DNA from: Lingula anatina
Taxonomy: Eukaryota > Animalia > Brachiopoda
DNA length: 64,000 nucleotides
Direction of reading: 5' to 3'
Assembly (NCBI GenBank): GCA_051362555.1
Contig: CM120641.1
Location: forward strand, 30,386,401-30,450,400
Of the stretch, positions 24,618 through 40,683 are shown one piece after another. The stretch's first letter is position 1, and every line of letters begins with the position of its first letter. A program made the position numbers and the translations under genes. Below the pieces are notes generated by a model. That model worked only from the letters and a program-made list of their open reading frames with translations, was not told the DNA's origin and searched no databases.

Positions 24618-25807
24618 CTGGAAAAAGAACAATATGTTTGATAAAAGTGAAAATTAAATTCTAAATATTGACAAATTTCCCACACTAAAATAGTAGAACA
24701 ATAATTTTGTTAAACTTAACCTAAACAGTTGACTATGTCTAATAAAAAGGAAATTTTTAGAACATATAAATTTGAGAAATACTGAAAATGACATTGAAAA
24801 AACAGCCAAATTCCATGGCTTGAAATAGTTAAACGTTAATAATTTTCAGAAAACTTGTTCAAGATTTGTGAAATTTGGACAGATGATGCATAACAATAAT
24901 AAAAATCTGTGATAAGCTCATCAGTTGACTGTGTCTCATGAAAAAGATTTTTTTTGGACAATTAATTTGAGAAAACTGAAAATAACACTGAAACGACTGC
25001 CAAATTCCATGGCTTAAAATAGTTAAACGTTAATAATTTTCACAAATCTTGTCTAATATTTGTGAAATTTGGAAAGATGATGCATAACAACAATAAAAAT
25101 CTGTGATAAGCTCATCAGTTGACTGTGTCTCATAAAAAAGATTTTTTTTGGACAATAAAATTGAGAAAACAGAAAATGACATTGAAAAAACTGCCAAATT
25201 CAATGGCTTGAAATAGTTAAACGTTAATAATTTTCACAAATCTTGTAAGCTCATCAATTGACTGTGTGTCATGAAAAAGAATTTTTCAGAGCATATAAAT
25301 GTGAAAAAACTGAAAATGACATTGCAAAGACTGCAAAATTCCATGGCTTAAAATAGTTTAACGTTAATAATTTTCACAAATCTTGTCGAATATTTGTGAA
25401 ATTCGGATAGATGATGCATAACAACAATAAAAATCTGTGATAAGCTCATCAGTTGACTGTGTCTCATGAAAAAGAATTTTCAGAGCATATAAATGTGAAA
25501 AAACTGAAAATGACACTGAGAAGACTGCAAAATGCGGTGCCTTAAAATAGTTAAAAGTAAATAATTTTCACAAAACTTGTTTAATAGTTGTGAAATTTGG
25601 AGAGATGATGCTTAACAATAACAAAAATCTATGATAAGCTTAACAGTTGACAGTGTGTGATAGAATTGTAGTTGTTTGACATTTTGTATGCGAAGAGTGA
25701 GAATTATCTACAATATTTTTTTTTCAATTTCACAACATCTAATTAGACTCACATTAAACATCAAATATTATGATTTGAGTTTGTTTGTGTAAGAGGTGAC
25801 AAATTAC

Positions 25808-26096
25808 CCATAATTGTCCTCTGGAAAAGAATATATACCCATTTAAGACATCTCCTTACTACCAATACCAGATGCAGATTCCTCCTTACAATCGGTTTCT
25901 GGAATAGGGTTTAGCACACCATTTGACAATGTCCTAAAGCTTGCCATATACCATCTATTGTACACATGGATGAGACATAGCATTGCTCTTGCTGTTGTCT
26001 TTTTCTGTCTGTTTTTTCTATAGGAATTAGCCCTGACCAGACAGGAAGAATCAGTTCACCAAAAAATCCATCACGCTGTATGGAAAAAAAGGTCAC
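25808..26096 (-). repeat. Module core copy 17, type II
   Basis: Near-identical core. Confidence 0.9.
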
Positions 26097-27310
26097 CTAG
26101 AAAAAGAACAATGTGTTTGATAAAAGTGAAAATTGAATTCTAAAGATTGACAAATTTCCCCCATTAAAAAAGTTGAACAATAATTGTGATAAGCTTAACC
26201 TAAACAGTTGACTATGTCTAATAAAAAGGACATTTTCAGAACATATAAATTTGAGAAATACTGAAAATGACATTGAAAAGACTGCCAAATTCCATGGCTT
26301 GAAATAGTTAAACGTTAATAATTTTCACAAATCTTGTCCAAAATTTGTGACATTTGGACAGATGATGCATAACAATAATAAAAATCTGTGATAAGCCCAT
26401 CAGTTGACTGCATCTCATGAAAAACATTTTTCAGACCATATAAATGTGAGAAAACTGAAAATGATATTGAAAAGACTGCCAAATTCCATGGCTTAAAATA
26501 GTTGAACGTTAATAATTTTCACAAATCTTGTCTAATATTTGTGAAATTTGGAGAGATGATGCATAACAACAATAAAAATCTGTGATAAGCTCATCAGTTG
26601 ACTGTGTCTCATAAAAAAGATTTTTTTGGTCAATTAAATTGAGAAAACAGTAAATGACATTGAAAATACTGCAAAATGCGGTGCCTTAAAATAGTTAAAC
26701 ATTAATAATTTTCACAAATCTTGTTCATGATTTGTGAAATTTGCACAGATGATGAATAACAATAATAAAAATCTGTGATAAGCTCATCAGTTGACTGTGT
26801 TTCATGAAAAACATTTTTCAGAGCATATAAATGTGAGAAAACTGAAAATGACATTGAAAAGACTGCCAAATTCCATGGCTTAAAATAGTTTAACGTTAAT
26901 AATTTTCACAAATCTTGTTCAAGATTTGTGAAATTTGGACAGATGATGCATTACAATAATAAAAATCTGTGATGAGCTCAACAGTTGACTGTGTTTCATG
27001 AAAAACATTTTTCAGAGCATATAAATGTGAAAAAACTGAAAATGACATTGCAAAGACTGCAAAATTCCATGGCTTAAAATAGTTTAATGTTAATAATTTT
27101 CACAAAACTTGTTCAATATTTGTGAAATTTGGAGAGATGATGCTTAACAGACAGTGTGTGATAGAATTGTAGTTGATTGACATTTTGTATGCGAAGAGTG
27201 AGAATTATCTACAATATTTTTTTTTTTCAATTTCACAACATCTAATTAGACTCACATTAAACATCAAATATTATGATTTGAGTTTGTTTGTGTAATAGGT
27301 GACAAATTAC

Positions 27311-27599
27311 CCATAATTGTCCTCTGGAAAAGAATATATACCCATTTAAGACATCTCCTTACTACCAATACCAGATGCAGATTCCTCCTTACAATCGGTT
27401 TCTGGAATAGGGTTTAGCACACCATTTGACAATGTCCTAAAGCTTGCCATATACCATCTATTGTACACATGGATGAGACATAGCATTGCTCTTGCTGTTG
27501 TCTTTTGCTGTCTGTTTTTTCTATAGGAATTAGCCCTGACCAGACAGGAAGAATCAGTTCACCAAAAAATCCATCACGCTGTATGGAAAAAAAGGTCAC
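27311..27599 (-). repeat. Module core copy 18, type II (mosaic)
   Basis: Near-identical core. Confidence 0.9.
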
Positions 27600-29371
27600 C
27601 TAGAAAAAGAACAATGTGTTTGATAAAAGTGAAAATTGAATTCTAAAGATTGACAAATTTCCCCCATTAAAAAAGTTGAACAATAATTGTGATAAGCTTA
27701 ACCTAAACAGTTGACTATGTCTAATAAAAAGGACATTTTCAGAACATATAAATTTGAGAAATACTGAAAATGACATTGAAAAGACTGCCAAATTCCATGG
27801 CTTGAAATAGTTAAACGTTAATAATTTTCACAAATCTTGTCCAAAATTTGTGACATTTGGACAGATGATGCATAACAATAATAAAAATCTGTGATAAGCC
27901 CATCAGTTGACTGCATCTCATGAAAAACATTTTTCAGACCATATAAATGTGAGAAAACTGAAAATGATATTGAAAAGACTGCCAAATTCCATGGCTTAAA
28001 ATAGTTGAACGTTAATAATTTTCACAAATCTTGTCTAATATTTGTGAAATTTGGAGAGATGATGCATAACAACAATAAAAATCTGTGATAAGCTCATCAG
28101 TTGACTGTGTCTCATAAAAAAGATTTTTTTGGTCAATTAAATTGAGAAAACAGTAAATGACATTGAAAATACTGCAAAATGCGGTGCCTTAAAATAGTTA
28201 AACATTAATAATTTTCACAAATCTTGTTCATGATTTGTGAAATTTGGACAGATGATGAATAACAATAATAAAAATCTGTGATAAGCTCATCAGTTGACTG
28301 TGTTTCATGAAAAACATTTTTCAGAGCATATAAATGTGAGAAAACTGAAAATGACATTGAAAAGACTGCCAAATTCCATGGCTTAAAATAGTTTAACGTT
28401 AATAATTTTCACAAATCTTGTTCAAGATTTGTGAAATTTGGACAGATGATGCATTACAATAATAAAAATCTGTGATGAGCTCAACAGTTGACTGTGTTTC
28501 ATGAAAAACATTTTTCAGAGCATATAAATGTGAAAAAACTGAAAATGACATTGAAAAGACTGCCAAATTCCATGGCTTAAAATAGTTAAACGTTAATAAT
28601 TTTCACAAATCTTGTCTAATATTTGTGAAATTTGGAAAGATGATGCATAACAACAATAAAAATCTGTGATAAGCTCATCAGTTGACTGTGTCTCATAAAA
28701 AAGATTTTTTTTGGACAATAAAATTGAGAAAACAGAAAATGACATTGAAAAAACTGCCAAATTCAATGGATTGAAATAGTTAAACGTTAATAATTTTCAC
28801 AAATCTTGTAAGCTCATCAATTGACTGTGTGTCATGAAAAAGAATTTTTCAGAGCATATAAATGTGAAAAAACTGAAAATGACATTGCAAAGACTGCAAA
28901 ATTCCATGGCTTAAAATAGTTTAACGTTAATAATTTTCACAAATCTTGTCGAATATTTGTGAAATTCGGATAGATGATGCATAACAACAATAAAAATCTG
29001 TGATAAGCTCATCAGTTGACTGTGTCTCATGAAAAAGAATTTTCAGAGCATATAAATGTGAAAAAACTGAAAATGACACTGAGAAGACTGCAAAATGCGG
29101 TGCCTTAAAATAGTTAAAAGTAAATAATTTTCACAAAACTTGTTTAATAGTTGTGAAATTTGGAGAGATGATGCTTAACAATAACAAAAATCTATGATAA
29201 GCTTAACAGTTGACAGTGTGTGATAGAATTGTAGTTGTTTGACATTTTGTATGCGAAGAGTGAGAATTATCTACAATATTTTTTTTTTCAATTTCACAAC
29301 ATCTAATTAGACTCACATTAAACATCAAATATTATGATTTGAGTTTGTTTGTGTAAGAGGTGACAAATTAC

Positions 29372-29657
29372 CCATAATTGTCCTCTGGAAAAGAATATAT
29401 ACCCATTTAAGACATCTCCTTACTACCAATACCAGATGCAGATTCCTCCTTACAATCGGTTTCTGGAATAGGGTTTAGCACACCATTTGACAATGTCCTA
29501 AAGCTTGCCATATACCATCTATTGTACACATGGATGAGACATAGCATTGCTCTTGCTGTTGTCTTTTGCTGTCTGTTTTTTCTATAGGAATTAGCCCTGA
29601 CCAGACAGGAAGAATCAGTTCACCAAAAAAGCCATCACGCTGTATGGAAAAGGTCAC
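29372..29657 (-). repeat. Module core copy 19, type IV
   Basis: Near-identical core. Confidence 0.9.
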
Positions 29658-30709
29658 CTGGAAAAAGAACAATATGTTTGATAAAAGTGAAACTTAAATT
29701 CTAAAAATTGACAAATTTCAGACACTAAAATAGATGAAAAATAATTTTGATAAACTAAACCTAAACAGTTGACTACGTCTAATAAAAAGGATATTTTCAG
29801 AACATATAAATTTGAGAAATACTGAATATGACATTGAAAAAACTGCCAAATTCAATGGCTTGAAATAGTTAAACGTTAATAATTTTCACAAATCTTGTCT
29901 AATATTTGTGAAATTTAGATAGATGATGCATAACAACAATACAAATCTGTGATAAGCTCATCAGTTGACTGCATCTCATGAAAAACATTTTTCAGGGCAT
30001 ATAAATGTGAGAAAACTGAAAATGACACTGAAAAGACTGCCAAATTCCATGGCTTAAAATAGTTAAACGTTAATAATTTTCACAAATCTTGTCTAATGTT
30101 TGTGAAATTTGGATAGATGATGCATATCAACAATAAAAATCTGTGATAAGCTCATCAGTTGCCTGTGTCTCATAAAAAAGATTTTTTTGGACAATAAAAT
30201 TGAGAAAAACGGAAAATGACATTGAAAAGACTGCAAAATGCAGTGCCTTAAAAAAGTTAAACGTTAATAATTTTCACAAATCTTGTCTAATATTTGTGAA
30301 ATTTGGATAGATGATGCATAACAACAATAAAAATCTGTGATAAGCTCATCAGTTGACTGTGTCTCATTAAAAAGATTTTTTTTTTTTGACAATAAAATTG
30401 AGAAAATTGAAAATGAAACTGAAAAGACTGCAAAATGCGGTGCCTTAAAATAGTTAAATATTAATAATTTTCACAAAACTTGTTCAATATTTGTGAAATT
30501 TGGAGAGATGATGCTTAGCAATAACAAAAATCTGTGATAAGCTTAACAGTTGACAGTGTGTGACAGAATTGTAGTTGTCTGACATTTTGTATGCGAAGAG
30601 TGAGAATTATCTACAATATTTTTTTTCAATTTCACAACATCTAATTAGACTCACATTAAACATCAAATATTATGATTTGAGTTTGTTTGTGTAATAGGTG
30701 ACAAATTAC

Positions 30710-30995
30710 CCATAATTGTCCTCTGGAAAAGAATATATACCCATTTAAGACATCTCCTTACTACCAATACCAGATGCAGATTCCTCCTTACAATCGGTTT
30801 CTGGAATAGGGTTTAGCACACCATTTGACAATGTCCTAAAGCTTGCCATATACCATCTATTGTACACATGGATGAGACATAGCATTGCTCTTGCTGTTGT
30901 CTTTTTCTGTCTGTTTTTTCTATAGGAATTAGCCCTGACCAGACAGGAAGAATCAGTTCACCAAAAAATCCATCACGCTGTATGGAAAAGGTCAC
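30710..30995 (-). repeat. Module core copy 20, type II (A4)
   Basis: Near-identical core. Confidence 0.9.
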
Positions 30996-32830
30996 CTAGA
31001 AAAAGAACAATGTGTTTGATAAAAGTGAAAATTGAATTCTAAAGATTGACAAATTTCCCCCATTAAAAAAGTTGAACAATAATTGTGATAAGCTTAACCT
31101 TAACAGTTGACTATGTCTAATAAAAAGGACATTTTCAGAACATATAAATTTGAGAAATACTGAAAATGACATTGAAAAGACTGCCAAATTCCATGGCTTG
31201 AAATAGTTAAACGTTAATAATTTTCACAAATCTTGTCCAAAATTTGTGACATTTGGACAGATGATGCATAACAATAATAAAAATCTGTGATAAGCTCATC
31301 AGTTGACTGCATCTCATGAAAAACATTTTTCAGAGCATATAAATGTGAGAAAACTGAAAATGACATTGAAAAGACTGCCAAATTCCATGGCTTAAAATAG
31401 TTGAACGTTAATAATTTTCACAAATCTTGTCTAATATTTGTGAAATTTGGAGAGATGATGCATAACAACAATAAAAATCTGTGATAAGCTCATCAGTTGA
31501 CTGTGTCTCATAAAAAAGATTTTTTTGGACAATAAAATTGAGAAAAACGGAAAATGACATTGAAAAGACTGCAAAATGCAGTGCCTTAAAAAAGTTAAAC
31601 GTTAATAATTTTCACAAATCTTGTTCAAATCTTGTCTAATATTTGTGAAATTTGGAGAGATGATGCATAACAACAATAAAAATCTGTGATAAGCTCATCA
31701 GTTGACTGTGTCTCATAAAAAAGATTTTTTTGGACAATAAAATTGAGAAAAACGGAAAATGACATTGAAAAGACTGCAAAATGCAGTGCCTTAAAAAAGT
31801 TAAACGTTAATAATTTTCACAAATCTTGTTCAAGATTTGTGAAATTTGGATAGATGATGCATAACAATAATAAAAATCTGTGATAAGCTCATCAGTTGAC
31901 TGTGTTTCATGAAAAACATTTTTCAGAGCATATAAATGTGAGAAAACTGAAAATGACATTGAAAAGACTGCCAAATTCCATGGCTTAAAATAGTTTAACG
32001 TTAATAATTTTCACAAATCTTGTCTAATATTTGTGAAATTTGGAAAGATGATGCATAACAACAATAAAAATCTGTGATAAGCTCATCAGTTGACTGTGTC
32101 TCATAAAAAAGATTTTTTTTGGACAATAAAATTGAGAAAACAAAATGACATTGAAAAAACTGCCAAATTCAATGGCTTGAAATAGTTAAACGTTAATAAT
32201 TTTCACAAATCTTCTTCAAGATTTGTGAAATATGGACAGATGATGCATTACAATAATAAAAATCTGTGATGAGCTCAACAGTTGACTGTGTTTCATGAAA
32301 AACATTTTTCAGAGCATATAAATGTGAAAAAACTGAAAATTACATTGCAAAGACTGCAAAATTCCATGGCTTTAAACAGTTAAACGTTAATAATTTTCAC
32401 AAATCTTGTCGAATATTTGTGAAATTTGGATAGATGATGCATAACAACAATAAAAATCTGTGATAAGCTCATCAGTTGACTGTGTCTCATGAAAAAGAAT
32501 TTTCAGAGCATATAAATGTGAAAAAACTGAAAATGACACTGAGAAGACTGCAAAATGCGGTGCCTTAAAATAGTTAAAAGTAAATAATTTTCACAAAACT
32601 TGTTTAATAGTTGTGAAATTTGGAGAGATGATGCTTAACAATAACAAAAATCTATGATAAGCTTAACAGTTGACAGTGTGTGATAGAATTGTAGTTGTTT
32701 GACATTTTGTATGCGAAGAGTGAGAATTATCTACAATATTTTTTTTTCAATTTCACAACATCTAATTAGACTCACATTAAACATCAAATATTATGATTTG
32801 AGTTTGTTTGTGTAAGAGGTGACAAATTAC

Positions 32831-33116
32831 CCATAATTGTCCTCTGGAAAAAAATATATACCCATTTAAGACATCTCCTTACTACCAATACCAGATGCAG
32901 ATTCCTCCTTACAATCGGTTTCTGGAATAGGGTTTAGCACACCATTTGACAATGTCCTAAAGCTTGCCATATACCATCTATTGTACACATGGATGAGACA
33001 TAGCATTGCTCTTGCTGTTGTCTTTTGCTGTCTGTTTTTTCTATAGGAATTAGCCCTGACCAGACAGGAAGAATCAGTTCACCAAAAAAGCCATCACGTT
33101 GTATGGAAAAGGTCAC
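32831..33116 (-). repeat. Module core copy 21, type IV
   Basis: Near-identical core. Confidence 0.9.
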
Positions 33117-35328
33117 CTGGAAAAAGAACAATATGTTTGATAAAAGTGAAAATTAAATTCTAAAAATTGACAAATTTCAGACACTAAAATAGATGAAAAA
33201 TAATTTTGATAAACTAAACCTAAACAGTTGACTATGTCTAATAAAAAGGATATTTTCAGAACATATAAATTTGAGAAATACTGAATATGACATTGAAAAA
33301 ACTGCCAAATTCAATGGCTTGAAATAGTTAAACGTTAATAATTTTCACAAATCTTGTCTAATATTTGTGAAATTTACATAGATGATGCATAACAACAATA
33401 CAAATCTGTGATAAGCTCATCAGTTGACTGTGTCTCATTTAAAAGATTTTTTTGGACAATAAATTTGAGAAAATTAAAAATGACACTGAGAAGACTGCAA
33501 AATGCGGTGCCTTAAAATAGTTAAACGTTAATAATTTTCACAAAACTTGTTCAATATTTGTGAAATTTAGACAGATGATGCATAACAATTATAAAAATCT
33601 GTGATAAGCTCATCAATTGAATGTGTCTCATGAAAAACATTTTTCAGAGCATATAAATGTGAGAAAACTGAAAACGACATTGAAAAGACTGCCAAATTCC
33701 ATGGCTTAAAATAGTTAAACATTAATTATTTTCACAAATCTTGTTTAATACTTGTGAAATTTGGAGAGATGATGCTTAACAATAATAAAAATCTGTGATA
33801 AGCTCATCAGTTGACTGCATCTCATGAAAAACATTTTTCAGGGCATATAAATGTGAGAAAACTGAAAATGACATTGAAAAGACTGCCAAATTCCATGGCT
33901 TAAAATAGTTAAACATTAATAATTTTCACAAATCTTGTTTAATATTTGTGAAATTTGGATAGATGATGCATAACAACAATACAAATCTGTGATAAGCTCA
34001 TCAGTTGACTGTGTCTCATTAAAAAGATTTTTTTGGACAATAAATTTGAGAAAATTGAAAATGACACTGAGAAGACTGCAAAATGCGGTGCCTTAAAATA
34101 GTTAAACGTTAATAATATTCACGCAACTTGTTCAATATTTGTGAAATTTGGAGAGATGATGCTTAACAATAATAAAAATCTGTGATAAGCTCATCAGTTG
34201 ACTGCATCTCATGAAAAACATTTTTCAGGGCATATAAATGTGAGAAAACTGAAAATGACACTGAAAAGACTGCCAAATTCCATGGCTTAAAATAGTTAAA
34301 CGTTAATAATTTTCACAAATCTTGTCTAATGTTTGTGAAATTTGGATAGATGATGCATATCAACAATAAAAATCTGTGATAAGCTCATCAGTTGCCTGTG
34401 TCTCATAAAAAAGATTTTTTTGGACAATAAAATTGAGAAAAACGGAAAATGACATTGAAAAGACTGCAAAATGCATTGCCTTAAAATAGTTAAACGTTAA
34501 TAATTTTCACAAATCTTGTTCAAGATTTGTGAAATTTGGATAGATGATGCATAACAATAATAAAAATCTGTGATAAGCTCATCAATTGAATGTGTCTCAT
34601 GAAAAACATTTTTCAGAGCATATAAATGTGAGAAAACTGAAAACGACATTGAAAAGACTGCCAAATTCCATGGCTTAAAATAGTTAAACATTAATTATTT
34701 TCACAAATCTTGTTTAATACTTGTGAAATTTGGAGAGATGATGCTTAACAATAATAAAAATCTGTGATAAGCTCATCAGTTGACTGCATCTCATGAAAAA
34801 CATTTTTCAGGGCATATAAATGTGAGAAAACTGAAAATGACATTGAAAAGACTGCCAAATTCCATGGCTTAAAACAGTTTAACGTTAATAATTTTCACAA
34901 ATCTTGTCTAATATTTGTGAAATTTGGATAGATGATGCATAACAACAATAAAAATCTGTGATAAGCTCATCAGTTGACTGTGTCTCATTAAAAAGATTTT
35001 TTTGGACAATAAAATTGAGAAAATTAAAAATGAAACTGAAAAGACTGCAAAATGCGGTGCCTTAAAATAGTTAAATATTAATAATTTTCACAAAACTTGT
35101 TCAATATTTGTGAAATTTGGAGAGATGATGCTTAGCAATAAAAAAAATCTGTGATAAGCTTAACAGTTGACAGTGTGTGATAGAATTGTAGTTGTTTGAA
35201 ATTTTGTATGGGAAGAGTGAGAATTATCTACAATATTTTTTTTTTCAATTTCACAACATCTAATTAGACTCACATTAAACATCAAATATTATGATTTGAG
35301 TTTGTTTGTGTAAGAGGTGACAAATTAC

Positions 35329-35614
35329 CCATAATTGTCCTCTGGAAAAGAATATAGACCCATTTAAGACATCTCCTTACTACCAATACCAGATGCAGAT
35401 TCCTCCTTACAATCGGTTTCTGGAATAGGGTTTAGCACACCATTTGACAATGTCCTAAAGCTTGCCATATACCATCTACTGTACACATGGATGAGACATA
35501 GCATTGCTCTTGCTGTTGTCTTTTGCTGTCTGTTTTTTCTATAGGAATTAGCCCTGACCAGACAGGAAGAATCAGTTCACCAAAAAAGCCATCATGCTGT
35601 ATGGAAAAGGTCAC
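35329..35614 (-). repeat. Module core copy 22, type III
   Basis: Near-identical core. Confidence 0.9.
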
Positions 35615-36804
35615 CTGGAAAAAGAACAATATGTTTGATAAAAGTGAAAATTAAATTCTAAATATTGACAAATTTCCCACACTAAAATAGTAGAACAATA
35701 ATTTTGTTAAACTTAACCTAAACAGTTGACTATGTCTAATAAAAAGGACATTTTTAGAACATATAAATTTGAGAAATACTGAAAATGACATTGAAAAAAC
35801 AGCCAAATTCCATGGCTTGAAATAGTTAAACGTTAATAATTTTCAGAAAACTTGTTCAAGATTTGTGAAATTTGGACAGATGATGCATAACAATAATAAA
35901 AATCTGTGATAAGCTCATCAGTTGACTGTGTCTCATGAAAAAGATTTTTTTTGGACAATTAATTTGAGAAAACTGAAAATAACACTGAAACGACTGCCAA
36001 ATTCCATGGCTTAAAATAGTTAAACGTTAATAATTTTCACAAATCTTGTCTAATATTTGTGAAATTTGGAAAGATGATGCATAACAACAATAAAAATCTG
36101 TGATAAGCTCATCAGTTGACTGTGTCTCATAAAAAAGATTTTTTTTGGACAATAAAATTGAGAAAACAGAAAATGACATTGAAAAAACTGCCAAATTCAA
36201 TGGCTTGAAATAGTTAAACGTTAATAATTTTCACAAATCTTGTAAGCTCATCAATTGACTGTGTGTCATGAAAAAGAATTTTTCAGAGCATATAAATGTG
36301 AAAAAACTGAAAATGACATTGCAAAGACTGCAAAATTCCATGGCTTAAAATAGTTTAACGTTAATAATTTTCACAAATCTTGTCGAATATTTGTGAAATT
36401 CGGATAGATGATGCATAACAACAATAAAAATCTGTGATAAGCTCATCAGTTGACTGTGTCTCATGAAAAAGAATTTTCAGAGCATATAAATGTGAAAAAA
36501 CTGAAAATGACACTGAGAAGACTGCAAAATGCGGTGCCTTAAAATAGTTAAAAGTAAATAATTTTCACAAAACTTGTTTAATAGTTGTGAAATTTGGAGA
36601 GATGATGCTTAACAATAACAAAAATCTATGATAAGCTTAACAGTTGACAGTGTGTGATAGAATTGTAGTTGTTTGACATTTTGTATGCGAAGAGTGAGAA
36701 TTATCTACAATATTTTTTTTTCAATTTCACAACATCTAATTAGACTCACATTAAACATCAAATATTATGATTTGAGTTTGTTTGTGTAAGAGGTGACAAA
36801 TTAC

Positions 36805-37093
36805 CCATAATTGTCCTCTGGAAAAGAATATATACCCATTTAAGACATCTCCTTACTACCAATACCAGATGCAGATTCCTCCTTACAATCGGTTTCTGGA
36901 ATAGGGTTTAGCACACCATTTGACAATGTCCTAAAGCTTGCCATATACCATCTATTGTACACATGGATGAGACATAGCATTGCTCTTGCTGTTGTCTTTT
37001 GCTGTCTGTTTTTTCTATAGGAATTAGCCCTGACCAGACAGGAAGAATCAGTTCACCAAAAAATCCATCACGCTGTATGGAAAAAAAGGTCAC
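36805..37093 (-). repeat. Module core copy 23, type II
   Basis: Near-identical core. Confidence 0.9.
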
Positions 37094-39059
37094 CTAGAAA
37101 AAGAACAATGTGTTTGATAAAAGTGAAAATTGAATTCTAAAGATTGACAAATTTCCCCCATTAAAAAAGTTGAACAATAATTGTGATAAGCTTAACCTAA
37201 ACAGTTGACTATGTCTAATAAAAAGGACATTTTCAGAACATATAAATTTGAGAAATACTGAAAATGACATTGAAAAGACTGCCAAATTCCATGGCTTGAA
37301 ATAGTTAAACGTTAATAATTTTCACAAATCTTGTCCAAAATTTGTGACATTTGGACAGATGATGCATAACAATAATAAAAATCTGTGATAAGCCCATCAG
37401 TTGACTGCATCTCATGAAAAACATTTTTCAGACCATATAAATGTGAGAAAACTGAAAATGATATTGAAAAGACTGCCAAATTCCATGGCTTAAAATAGTT
37501 GAACGTTAATAATTTTCACAAATCTTGTCTAATATTTGTGAAATTTGGAGAGATGATGCATAACAACAATAAAAATCTGTGATAAGCTCATCAGTTGACT
37601 GTGTCTCATAAAAAAGATTTTTTTGGTCAATTAAATTGAGAAAACAGTAAATGACATTGAAAATACTGCAAAATGCGGTGCCTTAAAATAGTTAAACATT
37701 AATAATTTTCACAAATCTTGTTCATGATTTGTGAAATTTGGACAGATGATGAATAACAATAATAAAAATCTGTGATAAGCTCATCAGTTGACTGTGTTTC
37801 ATGAAAAACATTTTTCAGAGCATATAAATGTGAGAAAACTGAAAATGACATTGAAAAGACTGCCAAATTCCATGGCTTAAAATAGTTTAACGTTAATAAT
37901 TTTCACAAATCTTGTTCAAGATTTGTGAAATTTGGACAGATGATGCATTACAATAATAAAAATCTGTGATGAGCTCAACAGTTGACTGTGTTTCATGAAA
38001 AACATTTTTCAGAGCATATAAATGTGAAAAAACTGAAAATGACATTGCAAAGACTGCCAAATTCCATGGCTTAAAATAGTTTAACGTTAATAATTTTCAC
38101 AAATCTTGTCTAATATTTGTGAAATTTGGATAGATGATGCATAACAACAATAAAAATCTGTGATAAGCTCATCAGTTGACTGTGTCTCATGAAAAAGATT
38201 TTTTTTGGACAATTAATTTGAGAAAACTGAAAATAACACTGAAACGACTGCCAAATTCCATGGCTTAAAATAGTTAAACGATAATAATTTTCACAAATCT
38301 TGTCTAATATTTGTGAAATTTGGAAAGATGATGCATAACAACAATAAAAATCTGTGATAAGCTCATCAGTTGACTGTGTCTCATAAAAAAGATTTTTTTT
38401 GGACAATAAAATTGAGAAAACAGAAAATGACATTGAAAAAACTGCCAAATTCAATGGATTGAAATAGTTAAACGTTAATAATTTTCACAAATCTTGTAAG
38501 CTCATCAATTGACTGTGTGTCATGAAAAAGAATTTTTCAGAGCATATAAATGTGAAAAAACTGAAAATGACATTGCAAAGACTGCAAAATTCCATGGCTT
38601 AAAATAGTTTAACGTTAATAATTTTCACAAATCTTGTCGAATATTTGTGAAATTCGGATAGATGATGCATAACAACAATAAAAATCTGTGATAAGCTCAT
38701 CAGTTGACTGTGTCTCATGAAAAAGAATTTTCAGAGCATATAAATGTGAAAAAACTGAAAATGACACTGAGAAGACTGCAAAATGCGGTGCCTTAAAATA
38801 GTTAAAAGTAAATAATTTTCACAAAACTTGTTTAATAGTTGTGAAATTTGGAGAGATGATGCTTAACAATAACAAAAATCTATGATAAGCTTAACAGTTG
38901 ACAGTGTGTGATAGAATTGTAGTTGTTTGACATTTTGTATGCGAAGAGTGAGAATTATCTACAATATTTTTTTTTTCAATTTCACAACATCTAATTAGAC
39001 TCACATTAAACATCAAATATTATGATTTGAGTTTGTTTGTGTAAGAGGTGACAAATTAC

Positions 39060-39345
39060 CCATAATTGTCCTCTGGAAAAGAATATATACCCATTTAAGA
39101 CATCTCCTTACTACCAATACCAGATGCAGATTCCTCCTTACAATCGGTTTCTGGAATAGGGTTTAGCACACCATTTGACAATGTCCTAAAGCTTGCCATA
39201 TACCATCTATTGTACACATGGATGAGACATAGCATTGCTCTTGCTGTTGTCTTTTGCTGTCTGTTTTTTCTATAGGAATTAGCCCTGACCAGACAGGAAG
39301 AATCAGTTCACCAAAAAAGCCATCACGCTGTATGGAAAAGGTCAC
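39060..39345 (-). repeat. Module core copy 24, type IV
   Basis: Near-identical core. Confidence 0.9.
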
Positions 39346-40397
39346 CTGGAAAAAGAACAATATGTTTGATAAAAGTGAAACTTAAATTCTAAAAATTGAC
39401 AAATTTCAGACACTAAAATAGATGAAAAATAATTTTGATAAACTAAACCTAAACAGTTGACTACGTCTAATAAAAAGGATATTTTCAGAACATATAAATT
39501 TGAGAAATACTGAATATGACATTGAAAAAACTGCCAAATTCAATGGCTTGAAATAGTTAAACGTTAATAATTTTCACAAATCTTGTCTAATATTTGTGAA
39601 ATTTAGATAGATGATGCATAACAACAATACAAATCTGTGATAAGCTCATCAGTTGACTGCATCTCATGAAAAACATTTTTCAGGGCATATAAATGTGAGA
39701 AAACTGAAAATGACACTGAAAAGACTGCCAAATTCCATGGCTTAAAATAGTTAAACGTTAATAATTTTCACAAATCTTGTCTAATGTTTGTGAAATTTGG
39801 ATAGATGATGCATATCAACAATAAAAATCTGTGATAAGCTCATCAGTTGCCTGTGTCTCATAAAAAAGATTTTTTTGGACAATAAAATTGAGAAAAACGG
39901 AAAATGACATTGAAAAGACTGCAAAATGCAGTGCCTTAAAAAAGTTAAACGTTAATAATTTTCACAAATCTTGTCTAATATTTGTGAAATTTGGATAGAT
40001 GATGCATAACAACAATAAAAATCTGTGATAAGCTCATCAGTTGACTGTGTCTCATTAAAAAGATTTTTTTTTTTTGACAATAAAATTGAGAAAATTGAAA
40101 ATGAAACTGAAAAGACTGCAAAATGCGGTGCCTTAAAATAGTTAAATATTAATAATTTTCACAAAACTTGTTCAATATTTGTGAAATTTGGAGAGATGAT
40201 GCTTAGCAATAACAAAAATCTGTGATAAGCTTAACAGTTGACAGTGTGTGACAGAATTGTAGTTGTCTGACATTTTGTATGCGAAGAGTGAGAATTATCT
40301 ACAATATTTTTTTTCAATTTCACAACATCTAATTAGACTCACATTAAACATCAAATATTATGATTTGAGTTTGTTTGTGTAATAGGTGACAAATTAC

Positions 40398-40683
40398 CCA
40401 TAATTGTCCTCTGGAAAAGAATATATACCCATTTAAGACATCTCCTTACTACCAATACCAGATGCAGATTCCTCCTTACAATCGGTTTCTGGAATAGGGT
40501 TTAGCACACCATTTGACAATGTCCTAAAGCTTGCCATATACCATCTATTGTACACATGGATGAGACATAGCATTGCTCTTGCTGTTGTCTTTTTCTGTCT
40601 GTTTTTTCTATAGGAATTAGCCCTGACCAGACAGGAAGAATCAGTTCACCAAAAAATCCATCACGCTGTATGGAAAAGGTCAC
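40398..40683 (-). repeat. Module core copy 25, type II (A4)
   Basis: Near-identical core. Confidence 0.9.
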